Below, piece after piece: positions 1 through 12,515 of a stretch of DNA of 64,000 nucleotides. The translations under genes and the position numbers were made by a program. Each line of letters begins with the position of its first letter. Position 1 is the stretch's first letter. The notes beneath the pieces were generated by a model. That model did no database searches. It saw only the letters and a list, made by a program, of their open reading frames with translations, and was not told the origin of the DNA. The DNA comes from Psilocybe cubensis (lineage: Eukaryota), in assembly GCA_017499595.2 (NCBI GenBank), contig CM039007.1, positions 372,001 through 436,000 on the forward strand. The letters are read 5' to 3'.

Positions 1-122
1 GCCCGTGGAAAAACAACGCGTAAACAATCGAGTGTCACGTGAATATCACTGTCAGAGTTGCCAAGAAATTACATGGCAAGGTTCCTTGCGCAATCTTCGC
101 GGCGACACGACCAAGTTCTGCA

Positions 123-1374
123 ATGTTTGGTCTTTTCTCCAAAAAGTGGAACCCGGAGGGCAAAGTCAGTGGTCTCCCCCTTGTCTCGAATGGCGAGTCA
201 TTGAATGTCCACGTAGCATGTCTATATAACAGGAGGAAGTTCGGGATTGGGATTGGGTCTTGCCCATATTCTCGCTCAAAAGGGAGCACACATTTCCATT
301 GTCGCGAGGAGTCAGAGCAAATTGGACGAGGCCATTGAATCTATCGAGGTGAGAATGGGACCTTGTCTAGACGGTTGTTGCGCCTTACCTTGAAACTTCA
401 GAAACTGCGAGTGAACCCCTCGCAAATCTTCAAAGCGTATTCTCATGCGCTGGACTCTGGTGATGCGGCAGCCAAAGCTCTTCAACTGGTTGCTGAGGCT
501 CATGGCGGTGAACTGCCCGACGCCATCTTTACATGCGCTGGATCTTCAAAACCAATGTTCTTCATTGACACAACGGAGCAGGACATGGTGGATGGAATGA
601 CGAATGCGTATTGGTTGCAGGCATGGACAGCTTGGGTATGTTACAGCGTTTTTCTACAGCGTGTTAGCTCTCATAAAAGGCAGGCCGCTACAAAACAAAT
701 GGTCAAGGCCGGGAAGAAAGGCGCCAAAATTGTATTCGTGTCATCGCTTCTCGGGTATATGAGTTTCTTGGGGTATACCTCGTACACGCCAGGGAAACAT
801 GCGCTAAGAGGTCAGTAGACTCGTAAACATTTTCATTCTAACCTCGCTAATGCAATCACACACCTCAGGCCTTGCTGACACTCTCCACTCGGAACTCAAA
901 CTCTACGGCATCGACGTCCACATTTACTTCCCTGGTACAATGTTTACACCCGGCTATGAGGAGGAGAACAAGACAAAACCAGCCATTACACAGGCTATAG
1001 AAGGTACGGACGGATTGACCTCGGACCAGGCAGCGCAGGCGTTATATAAAGGTATGCCGTTCCGCTGGACGATTGGCCTTGTAGACTGACGGATCTTAGG
1101 CGTCGTGAACGGAAATTACCATATCTCTGGCGACTTAATTACTGACCTATTCCACGCATCAACGCGTGGGTCTGCTCCGAGAAACAATTGGCTATTGGAG
1201 GGACTGTATGATTTGGTCGCTTATGTGGGTCAATCATGTTTCACTCTGGATAGTTGTTCATTGTTCTTTTTACAGTTTGCCGTCCCAGTGTGGCGGTCTG
1301 GGGTAGAGTCACAGGTACTTGCGCACCGGGACGAACATCAGACATACCTCGCCAAGAAAGGATTCTTCTCGTAA
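123..1374 (+). CDS. TSC10: 3-ketodihydrosphingosine reductase (SDR family), spliced
   Basis: ATG at 123 ([14 protein letters not shown]). The next exon gives [16 protein letters not shown] (SDR TGxxxGxG motif). Later [13 protein letters not shown] (YxxxK) and [18 protein letters not shown], typical of Tsc10/KDSR. Stop at 1374. Confidence 0.85.
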
Positions 1375-2123
1375 AAGCTCTGCGCACAGTTTCAACACCT
1401 ACAGATGCTACACCATTCTATTAACATCTATACCATTGTATTTATTCTGCTATGTTGTCTAACCTCCGTTACTCGAGGCCTATAATCTATAGTTTTGAAG
1501 TGCTGACCAGTGACGACCTCAGCGAGACTTTAGGTCATCAAGCTGAACAAATTTGTCGCAGGCTCGGCAAATAAGGACCTCGAACACTGCTATTTCCTAT
1601 ACAGCGATGGCATATAGTTTACTGGGAGAAATTTGTGCGTACCGTGCGGCGTACGAATGAGCTCGACAAGAATCATTTCGTTTGTATTTGGCAGCGGTGG
1701 TTTGGGAATGTTGCTGTGTCGGCAAAGGTTGCAATTTGGCTGATAGATAACCAGCAGATAACAAATTCACAAATCCTGCATCTTCCACTGCGTTTCATAG
1801 ACTCAAAAATTAATGCAGCAAATGCAGAGATGTAAACAAAATGCGTTGGGATGCTGGATGGGTTGGCCAATTTTTTTCCGAAGTATACATCTCACCACAA
1901 AGTTTACATTTCTCCCTGAATTCAGATTCTTGGATTTCAGGAAGTTCAGATTATGCTTTTGAGTACACTCTTTCTGTTGAAGGACTGGTCAAAATCAACG
2001 AGTTGCCAAGGGTCATTGTGCCATTGACGAGTTTCGGTGACATGGCCAAACATGAAAAGTGAACTGTACGGTTGAAACTCAACAACCATGCAAAAAAAAA
2101 AATGCCTGCTGGCTCATTACTAG

Positions 2124-3259
2124 TGGTGTTGCACAATCCCTGATAGCGTGACAGGCAGGGATAATCACGCGTCACGCAAGGTTTTGTCACAAAACCTGAT
2201 ACATGCCTATATTTCTTCATTCTAGACAGTTACCTTCTTATAATTCAGAACTAATGAAGTCCAACACACATATAACACACATTTGAGTTATAAAAGTAAG
2301 GCTTGAATGCAAATAGTACATGAAATAAGTGATTTATCAAAAATCACATGATGATAACAAAGAGAACTTGCATGCTGCAGATCTGAGAAATATGGTTTGG
2401 AATTTGAGATGAGAATAGACATGTTGACTTTAAAAAACCGAGCATTTATCATCTTGAATCATGAAAATCGGTGCAGAATTCATGTAGATATGCTCTCTCG
2501 TCTAAACATGGTCAATGCGGAATGACACAGCCAAAAATAGACGCGGCTAAGAGTGGCTCCCGCTCCCAGCCATCCAAAGGCCAAAAATTGTTAAAGGTGT
2601 AAAATGGTCATTTCTTCACCAAATCTCATGATTTTAACTGCGCTGGAATGCTGTTTTAAAGGGCATTTCAGTTCAACGATATATAATGTAATCAATAACA
2701 TCTATGATATATATAATGGTAGTAATATTGATCCATAACCAGTATTTGGCTATCAACTCATTACAGCCTCAAAACTGCAAGTAGTTTTGCAGACATAAAG
2801 TAATCTAATTTCTATATGCCACAACTCTATCAGAGCAGATTTTTTATATTGTGCCTCTAAGTATGTTAAAGTGCCTATTTTACACGTATATCTCAGAAAC
2901 CAGGAAGAATTTCAAAATTCGGCTCTGATAGGTCGATTCCAAATTCAATTCTAATGAAAAAAACTCTACAGATCATACCTATATGTGTATTTCTTGAGGA
3001 GATAATGCATAAATATCTTTGAGGTCTAAATTTGGCAGGCAAAACACCTTGATTAAGCATTTAAAACACATTGACAACTTTTTACAGCTAATTAATACCA
3101 TAGGTCCAGAGATAAACTATCTTCTGCCTCTATTGACATAAAAAATGGCGAAACCTTGATTTGTGCAAAGCACAAACTCGATGTCTCAAGAAATTGTCTG
3201 GTCACAGGTGTGACCTCGCCTGTCACTTGGTGTCACACTAACCGGGGATTGGACATCCC
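2124..3259. mobile_element. Degenerate non-autonomous TIR element flanked by a 9-bp direct repeat (MULE-like TSD length)
   Basis: CATTACTAG at 2115-2123 and 3260-3268. Imperfect inverted termini: left ...CAATCCCTGATAGCGTGACAGGC, right (reverse complement) ...CAATCCCCGGTTAGTGTGACACCAAGTGACAGGC. AT-rich interior with no substantial ORF. Confidence 0.5.
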
Positions 3260-4137
3260 CATTACTAGAAAAATGGTTACTTTTGCGTTAATTGTTACAG
3301 GAAAATGGTTTCCCCTTTAAAAATGTCCATTTTTATGCCAAATTTATGAAAAAGAACCGTTTCTCTTGTAAACGTGGGCATTTTTGTACCTACAAAACTA
3401 CGATGAATAATTATATAATATGTTGTTTTTGTTAACTTTTTCAAAAAATATGGTTTGGGATGCACTTCCGAAGAATTTTCTCTAAAAAAATGTCAACCAA
3501 AGGCACCTAATCAAATACATAACATGTATGTAATCCGTTTTATTTGACATATACGAATATGTGCCAACCAGGGGGCTCCCACCGAAGCTTACTGAGAAAA
3601 GAAGGGTGGCAAATCAGAGTTTTATTCTAATTGGTGCAGTGTAAAGTAACAAATGGGAGCGAGGTAAAAACTGAGTACTACTTGGAGAAGTCACATGATA
3701 TGTGATATTTTGTCTGATGTCCGGGGTCCCGCAGACATCCAGAAACAACAAGTGGCCGGCAGAAGGCGGCGATCAATGTTTGGCAATACCCTTGGAGGCT
3801 CGCAGCGCTTCGCCATTAGTTCCCGACTCATTTGATATTTCCGCGGGCCAGAGCTTGCCGCTCTGGACCGCACAAGCTAGCGCATCAGCCGGATTCCATT
3901 TACCTGGCTTCGTCGGTAAACGTTCGTAGTGTGCGTTCAACTACCTCGGCTCCAAATTCTTATCAGCAAAGGTCGAAATTTTGTGCACAGAACATGGGCG
4001 ATTATGAGCATGTTATTGCTGATGAGGGCCTGATTGAGAAGTGAACACCGTCGAGAAGATAATCTGGAAATTTGCGTGCTAAAATGTTGTCCTCAAAATA
4101 ACCAATAGCGCCAAATTAGGCAGGTTACGAAACGTGA

Positions 4138-4230
4138 TGACGTCTTGTTATGCGACGCCAGAGGACCATGGGCCCATCACGCTATAAAGACCCTCCCTAA
4201 TTCCCCCTTCTCTTCTCCTTCCCCCCTTAT
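4138..4230 (+). promoter_or_regulatory. Putative GPH1 core promoter
   Basis: TGACGTC (CRE-like) at 4138-4144, TATAAA at 4183-4188, then a pyrimidine-rich tract before the ATG at 4251. Confidence 0.4.
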
Positions 4231-4250
4231 CGCGCTTGTTGTCGGAAACG

Positions 4251-7200
4251 ATGACCTCCACCATCGATCCGAATACTATTGGCAAACCAGTGCGCCCACG
4301 TCGCCATGTCCGCACTCTCACAGGTTAGCGATCTCGTTCATGTTTGGACATTGTCAATCTTGTTTCTGTCTCACCATCGTGGGCCCATAGGTTATCTTCC
4401 TGAGAAAGACGAAGAAGGACGCGATAAATGGCCTAAGGGTGAAGAAAAGGTCTGGAAAGATGGGATGAGGTCTCTCGATAAGGGTGCGTGCGACAGATCT
4501 ACGGCGTTGCGAGTGGTTCTCATATTTATGCTGCGATGTGGATAAGATGTCAACGATATCACGCGTTCTTTTGTGAACCATGTCCAAACCTCTCTGGCCC
4601 GTCAACCATACAACATTGGTATGCGCATATATGCTCCATTTTCATCGTTGGAAGCTGAAATTTTAGCAAAGATGACCTCGGTGCATACCATGCTGCCGCT
4701 CTCTCCACACGAGACAATCTTTTGGTAAATTGAGTCTTTTTTGAACGCATATATGTACTCATACTTGCATCTCCCACGCCAGGTAAACTGGAACGATACC
4801 CAGCTAACATATACTCGCAAAGCCCCTAAACGAGCTTACTATCTTTCACTGGAGTTTTTGATGGGGCGAACTCTCGATAACGCTGTAAGTTTTGTAACCC
4901 CTATCTACTACAGCGCATATATCTCATCGCATCTTAGCTCCTTAACCTGGGGCTTAAAGATGAATATAAACAAGGTGTCCGCAAGCTCGGATTCAACATT
5001 GAAGATATCCTAGAGCAGGAGAGAGACGCCGGTTTAGGAAATGGTGGACTTGGTCGCCTCGCTGCCTGCTATCTTGACTCTTCCGCCTCTCAAGAGCTTC
5101 CTGTCTGGGGTTACGGTCTGCGATACAAGTACGGTATCTTCCAGCAGCTTATTTCTCCCTCAGGAGACCAGCTTGAGGTCAGATCCACAATGACGCTTTG
5201 AAGTGACGATGTTCTTCTGACATGACATACAGGCTCCTGACCCATGGCTGGACAATCAAAACCCATGGGAACTCCCCCGTCTTGACGTCACCTATCAAAT
5301 TAGATTCTACGGACATGCCGACAGACTCGACGATGGAACTGGGCGTGCTTTATGGCAAGGCGGACAGGAAGTCCTTGCACAGGCGTATGATGTTATGATT
5401 CCTGGGTATGGAACCCGGTCGACTAACAACTTGAGGCTCTGGGAAAGCAAACCCAAGCGAGGATTCGACTTGAACTCCTTCAATGGTACGCTATTTTCGT
5501 GCTGCTGTTGTGTAATCTGGCCTGACTCAATATGTGCCATGTATAGCTGGAAACTACGAAGGAGCTGTTGAATCGTCCAACAGTGCTCAAGCTATCACCT
5601 CTGTTTTGTATCCCAATGATCATACGTAGGTCTTTTTCTTCATTTCAACACTTTTTCTCTGACAAGCATATTTTTAGGACATGTACGTTCTCTTGCGTTA
5701 TAAACATCTGCATTGCAAATCTTGACATTGTGACATCTTACAGTTGGAAAGGAGTTGAGATTGAAGCAGCAGTAGTACGTGTTCTGGTTTCCGGCAAAGG
5801 TGCCATGGCTTATTCTGTCATTAGCTTCTGGACCGCTGCCAGTTTAGCTGACATTTTGCGTCGCTTTAAGAATCTTAACAAGCATATCCGCGAATTCCCT
5901 GACTGTATGTATCATCCTGGAGTGTAGCAATCGTTTCGTACTGAAAACCTTTTTTATAACAGATGTTGCTATCCAGCTAAACGATGTAAGTGTTTAAAAC
6001 TATGTTCGAGGCTTCGAGGTGTTCATCTATATCCCTTAAGACCCACCCTACTCTTGCCATTCCTGAATTGATGAGAATACTGATCGACGAGGAAGACCTA
6101 AGCTGGGATGCTGCCTGGTCCATCGTCACCAACGTTTTCTTCTATACTAACCACACCGTGCTTCCTGTGAGTTACGCTTTGAATTATGCCTTTCAGCGAA
6201 TGAACCCATACCTTACAGGAAGCTCTCGAAAAATGGCCTGTGCCTTTGTTGGAGCACGTCCTGCCAAGGTTTGTATTATTCGCTCCGCTTCCGTATTGTC
6301 TTTTTCTCATTCCTTTTCTAGACATATGCAGATCATCTATGATATCGTGAGTCTTCCGTGCACCTATGTTCGAATGTTAACTCGTCGCTGAATTCTATTT
6401 GACAGAATCTGTCCGTCTCCTAATTATTTTACCTTTAGGGGTTATTACTGATAGCTCTCTTATACACTTAGGTTCTTCCTCCAAGGTATATCTATTGCCT
6501 ATGAAACCCCGTAGGGCAATGCTGATTCAATGCGCCATTTTAGCTGTTGAGAAAAAGTTCCCTGGAGACCGCGACAGGCTCTCAAGGATGTCCCTGATCG
6601 AAGGTAAACTGTCTGTTTGCTCTGTCTTCAGCAAAAATCTTACGTTTGCTTCAGAGGGCATCCCAAAACAGGTTCGCATGGCGCACCTTGCATGCATTGG
6701 CAGTCGCAAAGTAAATGGGGTTGCCGAGGTGGGTTCCGTTCAAAGTCAGGGGTATTTATATACTGAATACGATCCATCACAGTTGCACAGTGAACTCGTT
6801 CGAACCACTATCTTAAAAGATTTCGTCGAATTTGAGGGAATCAGCAAGTGAGTCGGTTCAACGTCTGTTCCATATTATTTTTCTGATGTTGCCTTTTCCT
6901 AGATTCGGAAACGTTACCAACGGAAGTTAGTTTAAAAACCACATGTTTTTCTATCATTATTTCGATTCTGACGCTCTCTACTCCCAGTCACTCCCCGCCG
7001 ATGGCTCGACCAGGTTGGTAGTGATGACAGACATCTGTATCTTATAAGCATATTAACCAGATTTTAGTGTAACCCAGAACTCAGCGCCCTCATTTCCAAA
7101 ACCCTTAAGCTGGACAAGAGCGTGTGGTTGAAAGACCTCACCAAACTTGAAGGCCTGCTTCCATTTACTGAGGACAAGGCTTTCCGCGACGAGTGGGCAG

Positions 7201-8721
7201 CCATCAAGCAGCGCAACAAGGAGCGCCTCGCTCACTATGTGCAGACTACCTTGGGTCTTACCATTCGTACCGATGCTATGTTTGATGTGCAGATCAAGGT
7301 ACGAGTATCGAATATGTATACTTCATTACCTTACTAACGAGTATTTAGCGTATCCACGAGTACAAACGCCAAACTCTTAATATCTTGGGAGTCATCCATG
7401 TAAGAGCTGTCGGGTTAAAATGGAATAGCCTATGTACTAACTGTTGCTCCAGCGCTACTTCACTTTGAAGAACATGTCAGCGGAGGAGAAAAAGAAGGTC
7501 AACCCCCGTGTTGTATTCTTCGCTGGAAAAGCTGCCCCTGCCTGTAAGTTTTCACTAATCGTTCTTTACAATTGACTCATAAAAAATTTCTAGATTTCAT
7601 TGCCAAGCTCGTAAGTCTACAGGGAGCATTCGATAAGCATGATAATTTTAGCTTACACAAATTTACTAGACGATTCGCTTGATTGTGAATGTCGCCCGGG
7701 TCATCAACTCCGATCCAGATACCAAGGATTATCTGCAACTTTACTTCTTGCCAGATTACTCCGTCTCGTTGGCAGAGGTTTTGATCCCAGCTTCTGATAT
7801 CAGTCAACACATCTCCACTGCTGGAACTGAAGCTTCTGGTACTTCGAACATGAAGTTCTGCCTGAACGGTGGGCTTTTGCTCGGAACAGTTGGTAAGGCA
7901 TAGTTCTTATGCTGATATTCAACGTGGGCTTACTGTCTGGTGTGCTAGATGGTGCTAACATTGAGATCGCCGAAGAGGTTTGAAATATTTTTAATTATCA
8001 GCGCGAACTCTTTTCTGACTTTGATATCTCTGCAGGTTGGAGAAAGCAATGTCTGTGAGTATTATTTTTTAGTTTCAATAGGGTTATTTCAGTTCTAATC
8101 CTTTTTAGTCTTCTTTGGACACTTGACTCCGTAAGTTACCCTGTTTGTGCATCACCATTTCTTCGTATCTAATGATTGCTTCCAGTGCCGTCGAGGACCT
8201 TCGCTATCAGCACTTGTACCATCCCATCCCGATTGAACAGAAATGCCCAGCGTTGGCCCATGTTATCAATCAAGTTGCCGCTGGAGTGTTCGGCGATGGT
8301 CATGTCTACGAGCCGTGAGTACAATTTCCCTGTTGACTTTTGAATCGATGTTCAACGCATATTTTATTATTCGACAGTCTCCTCAACACCATCAGGCAAT
8401 CTGATTACTACCTGCTTACTGACGACTTCGATTCTTGTACGTCTCCCAATTAACAAGGATTTTTCTGATCTTCGACGTTGATATCCTTTGACTGTAGACA
8501 TCGCTGCTCTTGCTATGGTTGACGAGGCGTACCTTGACAAAGATGAGTGGGCTAAGAAGTCCATTAGGACGACTGCCAAGGTAAGCACTAGTTGTCATTA
8601 TGTTAACGTACGCTAACTTTGATTACCCTTTCAGATGGGCAAGTTCAGCTCTGACCGTGCCATCAACGAGTACGCGGAGAGTTACTGGAACATCGAGCCA
8701 GTCATTGTTGAGAAAGCTTGA
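4251..8721 (+). CDS. GPH1: Glycogen phosphorylase, about 33 introns
   Basis: N-terminal RRHVRTLTG phospho-site region; [68 protein letters not shown] (PLP-binding lysine); [14 protein letters not shown] at 8719-8721. Confidence 0.97.
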
Positions 8722-9179
8722 TTCCAGAAGGGAGGGGTGAGATATCTTGGGAAATGAAGAATCTTTTTGAAATAACGGGGTATTGTGTTGGAATTCAGAA
8801 GTGGTGGAGTCTTCAGGGATACCCTGAAGAATCGGGATATGGGAGAACAAAAGAATGTATGTTTTACAGATTTGTATGTAGGAATACACTTGAGCCACTT
8901 GAGCCACGGGGGTTTAACTGCTTTGGCAGTTTGCAGTTGTAAGTGAACTATGTTTATGTTTGATGGATTTGAGATGAGATTGTGAGACTTCAGAGTACTG
9001 AGTGCCTTTTCTGAGCCGTTGTAATGCTGAAGGCCTGAAATACCGCTATGAGCGGCGTCTTAGGGTGCGTGAGGGCTCCTTTGGTCTTCTAACCAGTTGA
9101 ATACAAGACCCGGAGGTTAAAGTTGAACGCTGGGCTATAGCCCGATATGCCATTGCTAATAAACTACCTACTTTACATA

Positions 9180-11671
9180 CTACTTACGAGACACGAGATA
9201 ATTGATTTTTCGGGGCGGCCACATTCTGCTTTGGTTGTTTGTCATTGCTGTGGGAGAAATCAAGATGTCAGAATCTCCTGGTTCGGCAATGCCATGCCTG
9301 AAGAAAGAAGAATATTAGAAGGGATTTCGAAATGGATGCATCAGACTTACTCCTTCCATACGTGTTCATTAAGAGTAGCACCGCACTCTTCCTTTCTGCA
9401 ATGGGCACAAACCATCGAAATATTGTTTGCGTACATGCGACCGTTATCGCTGTCTATGCACCTTCTTGCTACAATCTCATCTTCCCCAGTAAGCAATTCA
9501 TAGTTGCACACGGACCCCAATCCGGGGAGTAATTGTCGATCATGTGCAATGCGATGTTCATCCTAAAAGTGAATCCCCCCGAATCAGACCAGCGAAATTG
9601 TCAAGTGATGGCTACACCTACCAGAATATTCCACCTTAAAACACAGCGTCCCTTAATGAGACTGTTGCAAGATACACATTCGAATATCGGATCAGCTGCA
9701 TCCATCTCCTCAGAGGTAGTCACGGCCGGATCAAATCCAAACTGCTCGAGAATGTCCGCCATGGCTCGCATGCGATCTTTGTTGAAATATATACCGTTTT
9801 CGTCGTTCCAAATCGTGCTCCTGGTATGATGTGAAAGTGATCGACGTTCCAACTCGTCCAGTGCCTTTTCAGCACTAATATATGGTTCATATGGAATACC
9901 ATGATAATGGGCCAGGACATTAGGATACCGCAAGTGGTCGCTACGGCACGTTTTGCATGAGAAGATAGTTGTTGCCAGTCGAAGCACGCTGCTTTCGTCA
10001 AAATTATATGTAGTGCCACAGGCTGATTTGATCAGGCTTATAAGCTTCCCTTCCATCTGGGTCCGCCACTCATGGGAAATTTGTGCGTAATTGACACGCA
10101 GGGGATCGAGGTGCGCCGAAGTGAAAGGTTCTAATGATGTGTCGTCTATTAGGTCTCGCACCAGCTGTACCTTAAACAAATCCGCTGCAGAGGGAGTCGG
10201 AGTGTACAGCGAATACTGCGCTGCACATTCTTTGGCGACTTTGGATAATATTGGCAGCCGATTTTCCAGAAACACCCTGCGATCGGCTTGCAGTCTTAAC
10301 ACGCGGGACTCGCTCATCAATACATTGAGGTCCGGACCCATGGAAATCAATACTTGTTTAAGCATAAATTAGTACTTTCAAAGCAGTTTGTTAGGCATTG
10401 CGCACCTGTATCAGTCAATTCATTGCAGCATGCATCATAAATTTGAGGTATATCAAAAAGATCTTCGTAACCGTCTTCGCTCATAAGAGAGAGCTCGGGT
10501 TCCCATCCTAGTGATTTTAAGTGGGCGACAAGCCTGTCAATTATTCCAAAGGTGTTAGTGTCCTGGTGTATGGGTGTAGAAGATCTTCTCACCTTGATTG
10601 ACGACGAAGAAACAAGTTATCCTCTCTTTCGTTTTCGTCCCATGTCTTGTAGATGGCGGCATGCTTAACGAGTTATACCTTAGCTCAAGGGTCTCTGACA
10701 AAAATATCAGGCTTACCGTTTCTATGTTGTTCAATTCTTTAATTTTGTCAGTCATCCAACTTGCCGGGTTTACTGACAAGGAACATTCTCTCTTCCACTT
10801 TTTTCCAGTTTCAAGTAAGTAGTACGACCTGTAGGCTGGGTACCGTAAGTTGTATGCACTGAACAGGACTCAACACGGCTTACAATGGTCCTTGTACGGC
10901 AAGAGAACTCTGGGAAGGTATGGTATCAACTCCATGGGGCATGTCATCTGTACCTGCGCATCTGTTGATAATTGCCCACGGATCATCACGAATCTAGTCA
11001 TATCAAATAAGGATACAGATTCAGGAAAAACTTCAATCATATACGCGCCTGTATTGTATACACGGCACACAAGCTCGAACTCTTGCCGCAAAAACGGTGA
11101 TCGGTGCTCTATTGTCTGCGCCAACGAACCTTCCGCAGTACTGTAGAACAGGTCATTAGACAGAAAGATAGAAATTAAACGCTAAGGAATACCCACTTGA
11201 CACTTCTTACCAAATGCCAAATTCGTATACTGGATGTCCGTTAAATCTGGTGGACAGTCTGGCATCCCAATAAGCTCCCTGGAGGCTTTCCACAGAGTCG
11301 GCGCCACGTCTGAGCTCTTCAGAATATGTCGAAAATGTATTGAAGTGCACGATAGGTGCCATAAATCTTTCGGCTCTAAATCTGTGCAGATCTGATAGAG
11401 CAGGCAAACATAAGAGATGTATAGGGCGGCTACGAGAAGAATTTCTGACCTCAAATGCCAATATTTCTACGGGGAGCCCACCCAGAGAATTCGCGGAGTA
11501 TACAGAGGTCTCGTTCAACTCATTTGCTGGCGTTCTCATTTTCTTCGGTTCTCTTCCTTCATTCAAGACGTCAACATTGGTGTCCTGACTAGATCGCGAC
11601 CGCTTTACGGTCGCGTCTCTATTAGTAGTTGATGATGAAGAGTTGTCGACGGTAGAATGGAGTTCAGGCAT
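9180..11671 (-). CDS. F-box protein A (agaricomycete expanded family) with C-terminal Cys/His zinc-binding-like motifs
   Basis: LGGLPVEILAFE|ICTDLEPKDLWHLSCTSIHFRHIL...LWKASRELIGMPDCP (F-box). Downstream CKTC..HYH, CVSC..HRIAH and CAHC..HVWKEH. Stop at 9180. Paralogous to 24905-27443 across its exons. Confidence 0.85.
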
Positions 11672-11728
11672 TTCGACTGGGGAGAAAACAAGAAAGAATG
11701 CTACGAGTTCACCGTGTTGTGCTTTATA

Positions 11729-11772
11729 AAGACCAATTTCAACCAACGGTGCCCTCCAAGTGATGGGAGGCC
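11729..11772 (-). promoter_or_regulatory. Conserved upstream block of F-box gene A
   Basis: AAGACCAATTTCAACCAACGGTGCCCTCCAAGTGATGGGAGGCC is near-identical to 27499-27543, which lies at a similar distance upstream of F-box B. Confidence 0.45.
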
Positions 11773-11860
11773 CATCAGGGCCAGATTTGATGGGCCGAGC
11801 GGAAGCAATAAATATTAGATACTCTCTAGTCAAAGGTTTAGATGATTTTAAAACCCGCAA

Positions 11861-12068
11861 GTTTACGAATAGAAGTTTCTGACCTCAAATACCAATATTG
11901 CTTTGGAAAGTCCGCACAGAGAGTTCTTCTCTAGAGAGGTATTGCTTGCAACCCCGTTCAACCTTTTTGTTGGCTTCCCCTTTTTCTTCGGTGGGTTCTC
12001 TGCATTCAAGTCATCTACATTGGAGTCGGTAGCCTGTTGCGACGATGTTGAAGAGTTCTAATAGTAGG
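11861..12068 (-). pseudogene. Orphan exon-1 fragment of another F-box paralog
   Basis: Minus strand reads SQQATDSNVDDLNAENPPKKKGKPTKRLNGVASNTSLEKNSLCGLSKAILVFE followed by the same GTCAGA donor. No ATG and no downstream exons. Closest match is 33150-33285. Confidence 0.75.
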
Positions 12069-12515
12069 TCGGTGTGATCCCAAACATCGTAGACTGGGTT
12101 CGAGTCTAGAAGGCGACGCCGCGACGGTCCTGCAAGATCGCGTTGATGAGCTGTTTTAGCCGGCACCAATCGGCTTGGTTATTTTTGTTACTATGTTAGT
12201 GGTGCCGCGCGGCGCTGTCTGTGGCTTGCAGGCATATTTTTGAACTCCGAATATCGTCACATTATTCAAACTTTCCTTTCTCCAGGATATTTCTGTCAGC
12301 CTGCCTCTTTTACCTGATGTTCTCTGTTAAATTTCTTCCTAATCGATCTGTACCGTCAAAACGGTTTAACCTGCTCTACCTCCTTCTGTCGTCATTGAAC
12401 GACAGCACGGAAATTTAACAAACTAAGGAATGCGCGATGAAAGTTAATTTCACTTGAAGAGTATACATTGGCAGACACTATGTCGTATAATGCACGGTTC
12501 AAATCAACATGTACG

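Noticed and set aside
1597-2100. Short ORFs between TSC10 and the 2124 insertion
   Set aside because: No recognisable domain or consistent splice model.
3244-3268. GGGGAT-TGGAC-ATCCCC hairpin plus CTAG as a Helitron end
   Set aside because: The hairpin is too close to CTAG and the next base is A, not T. The TIR plus 9-bp TSD reading fits better.
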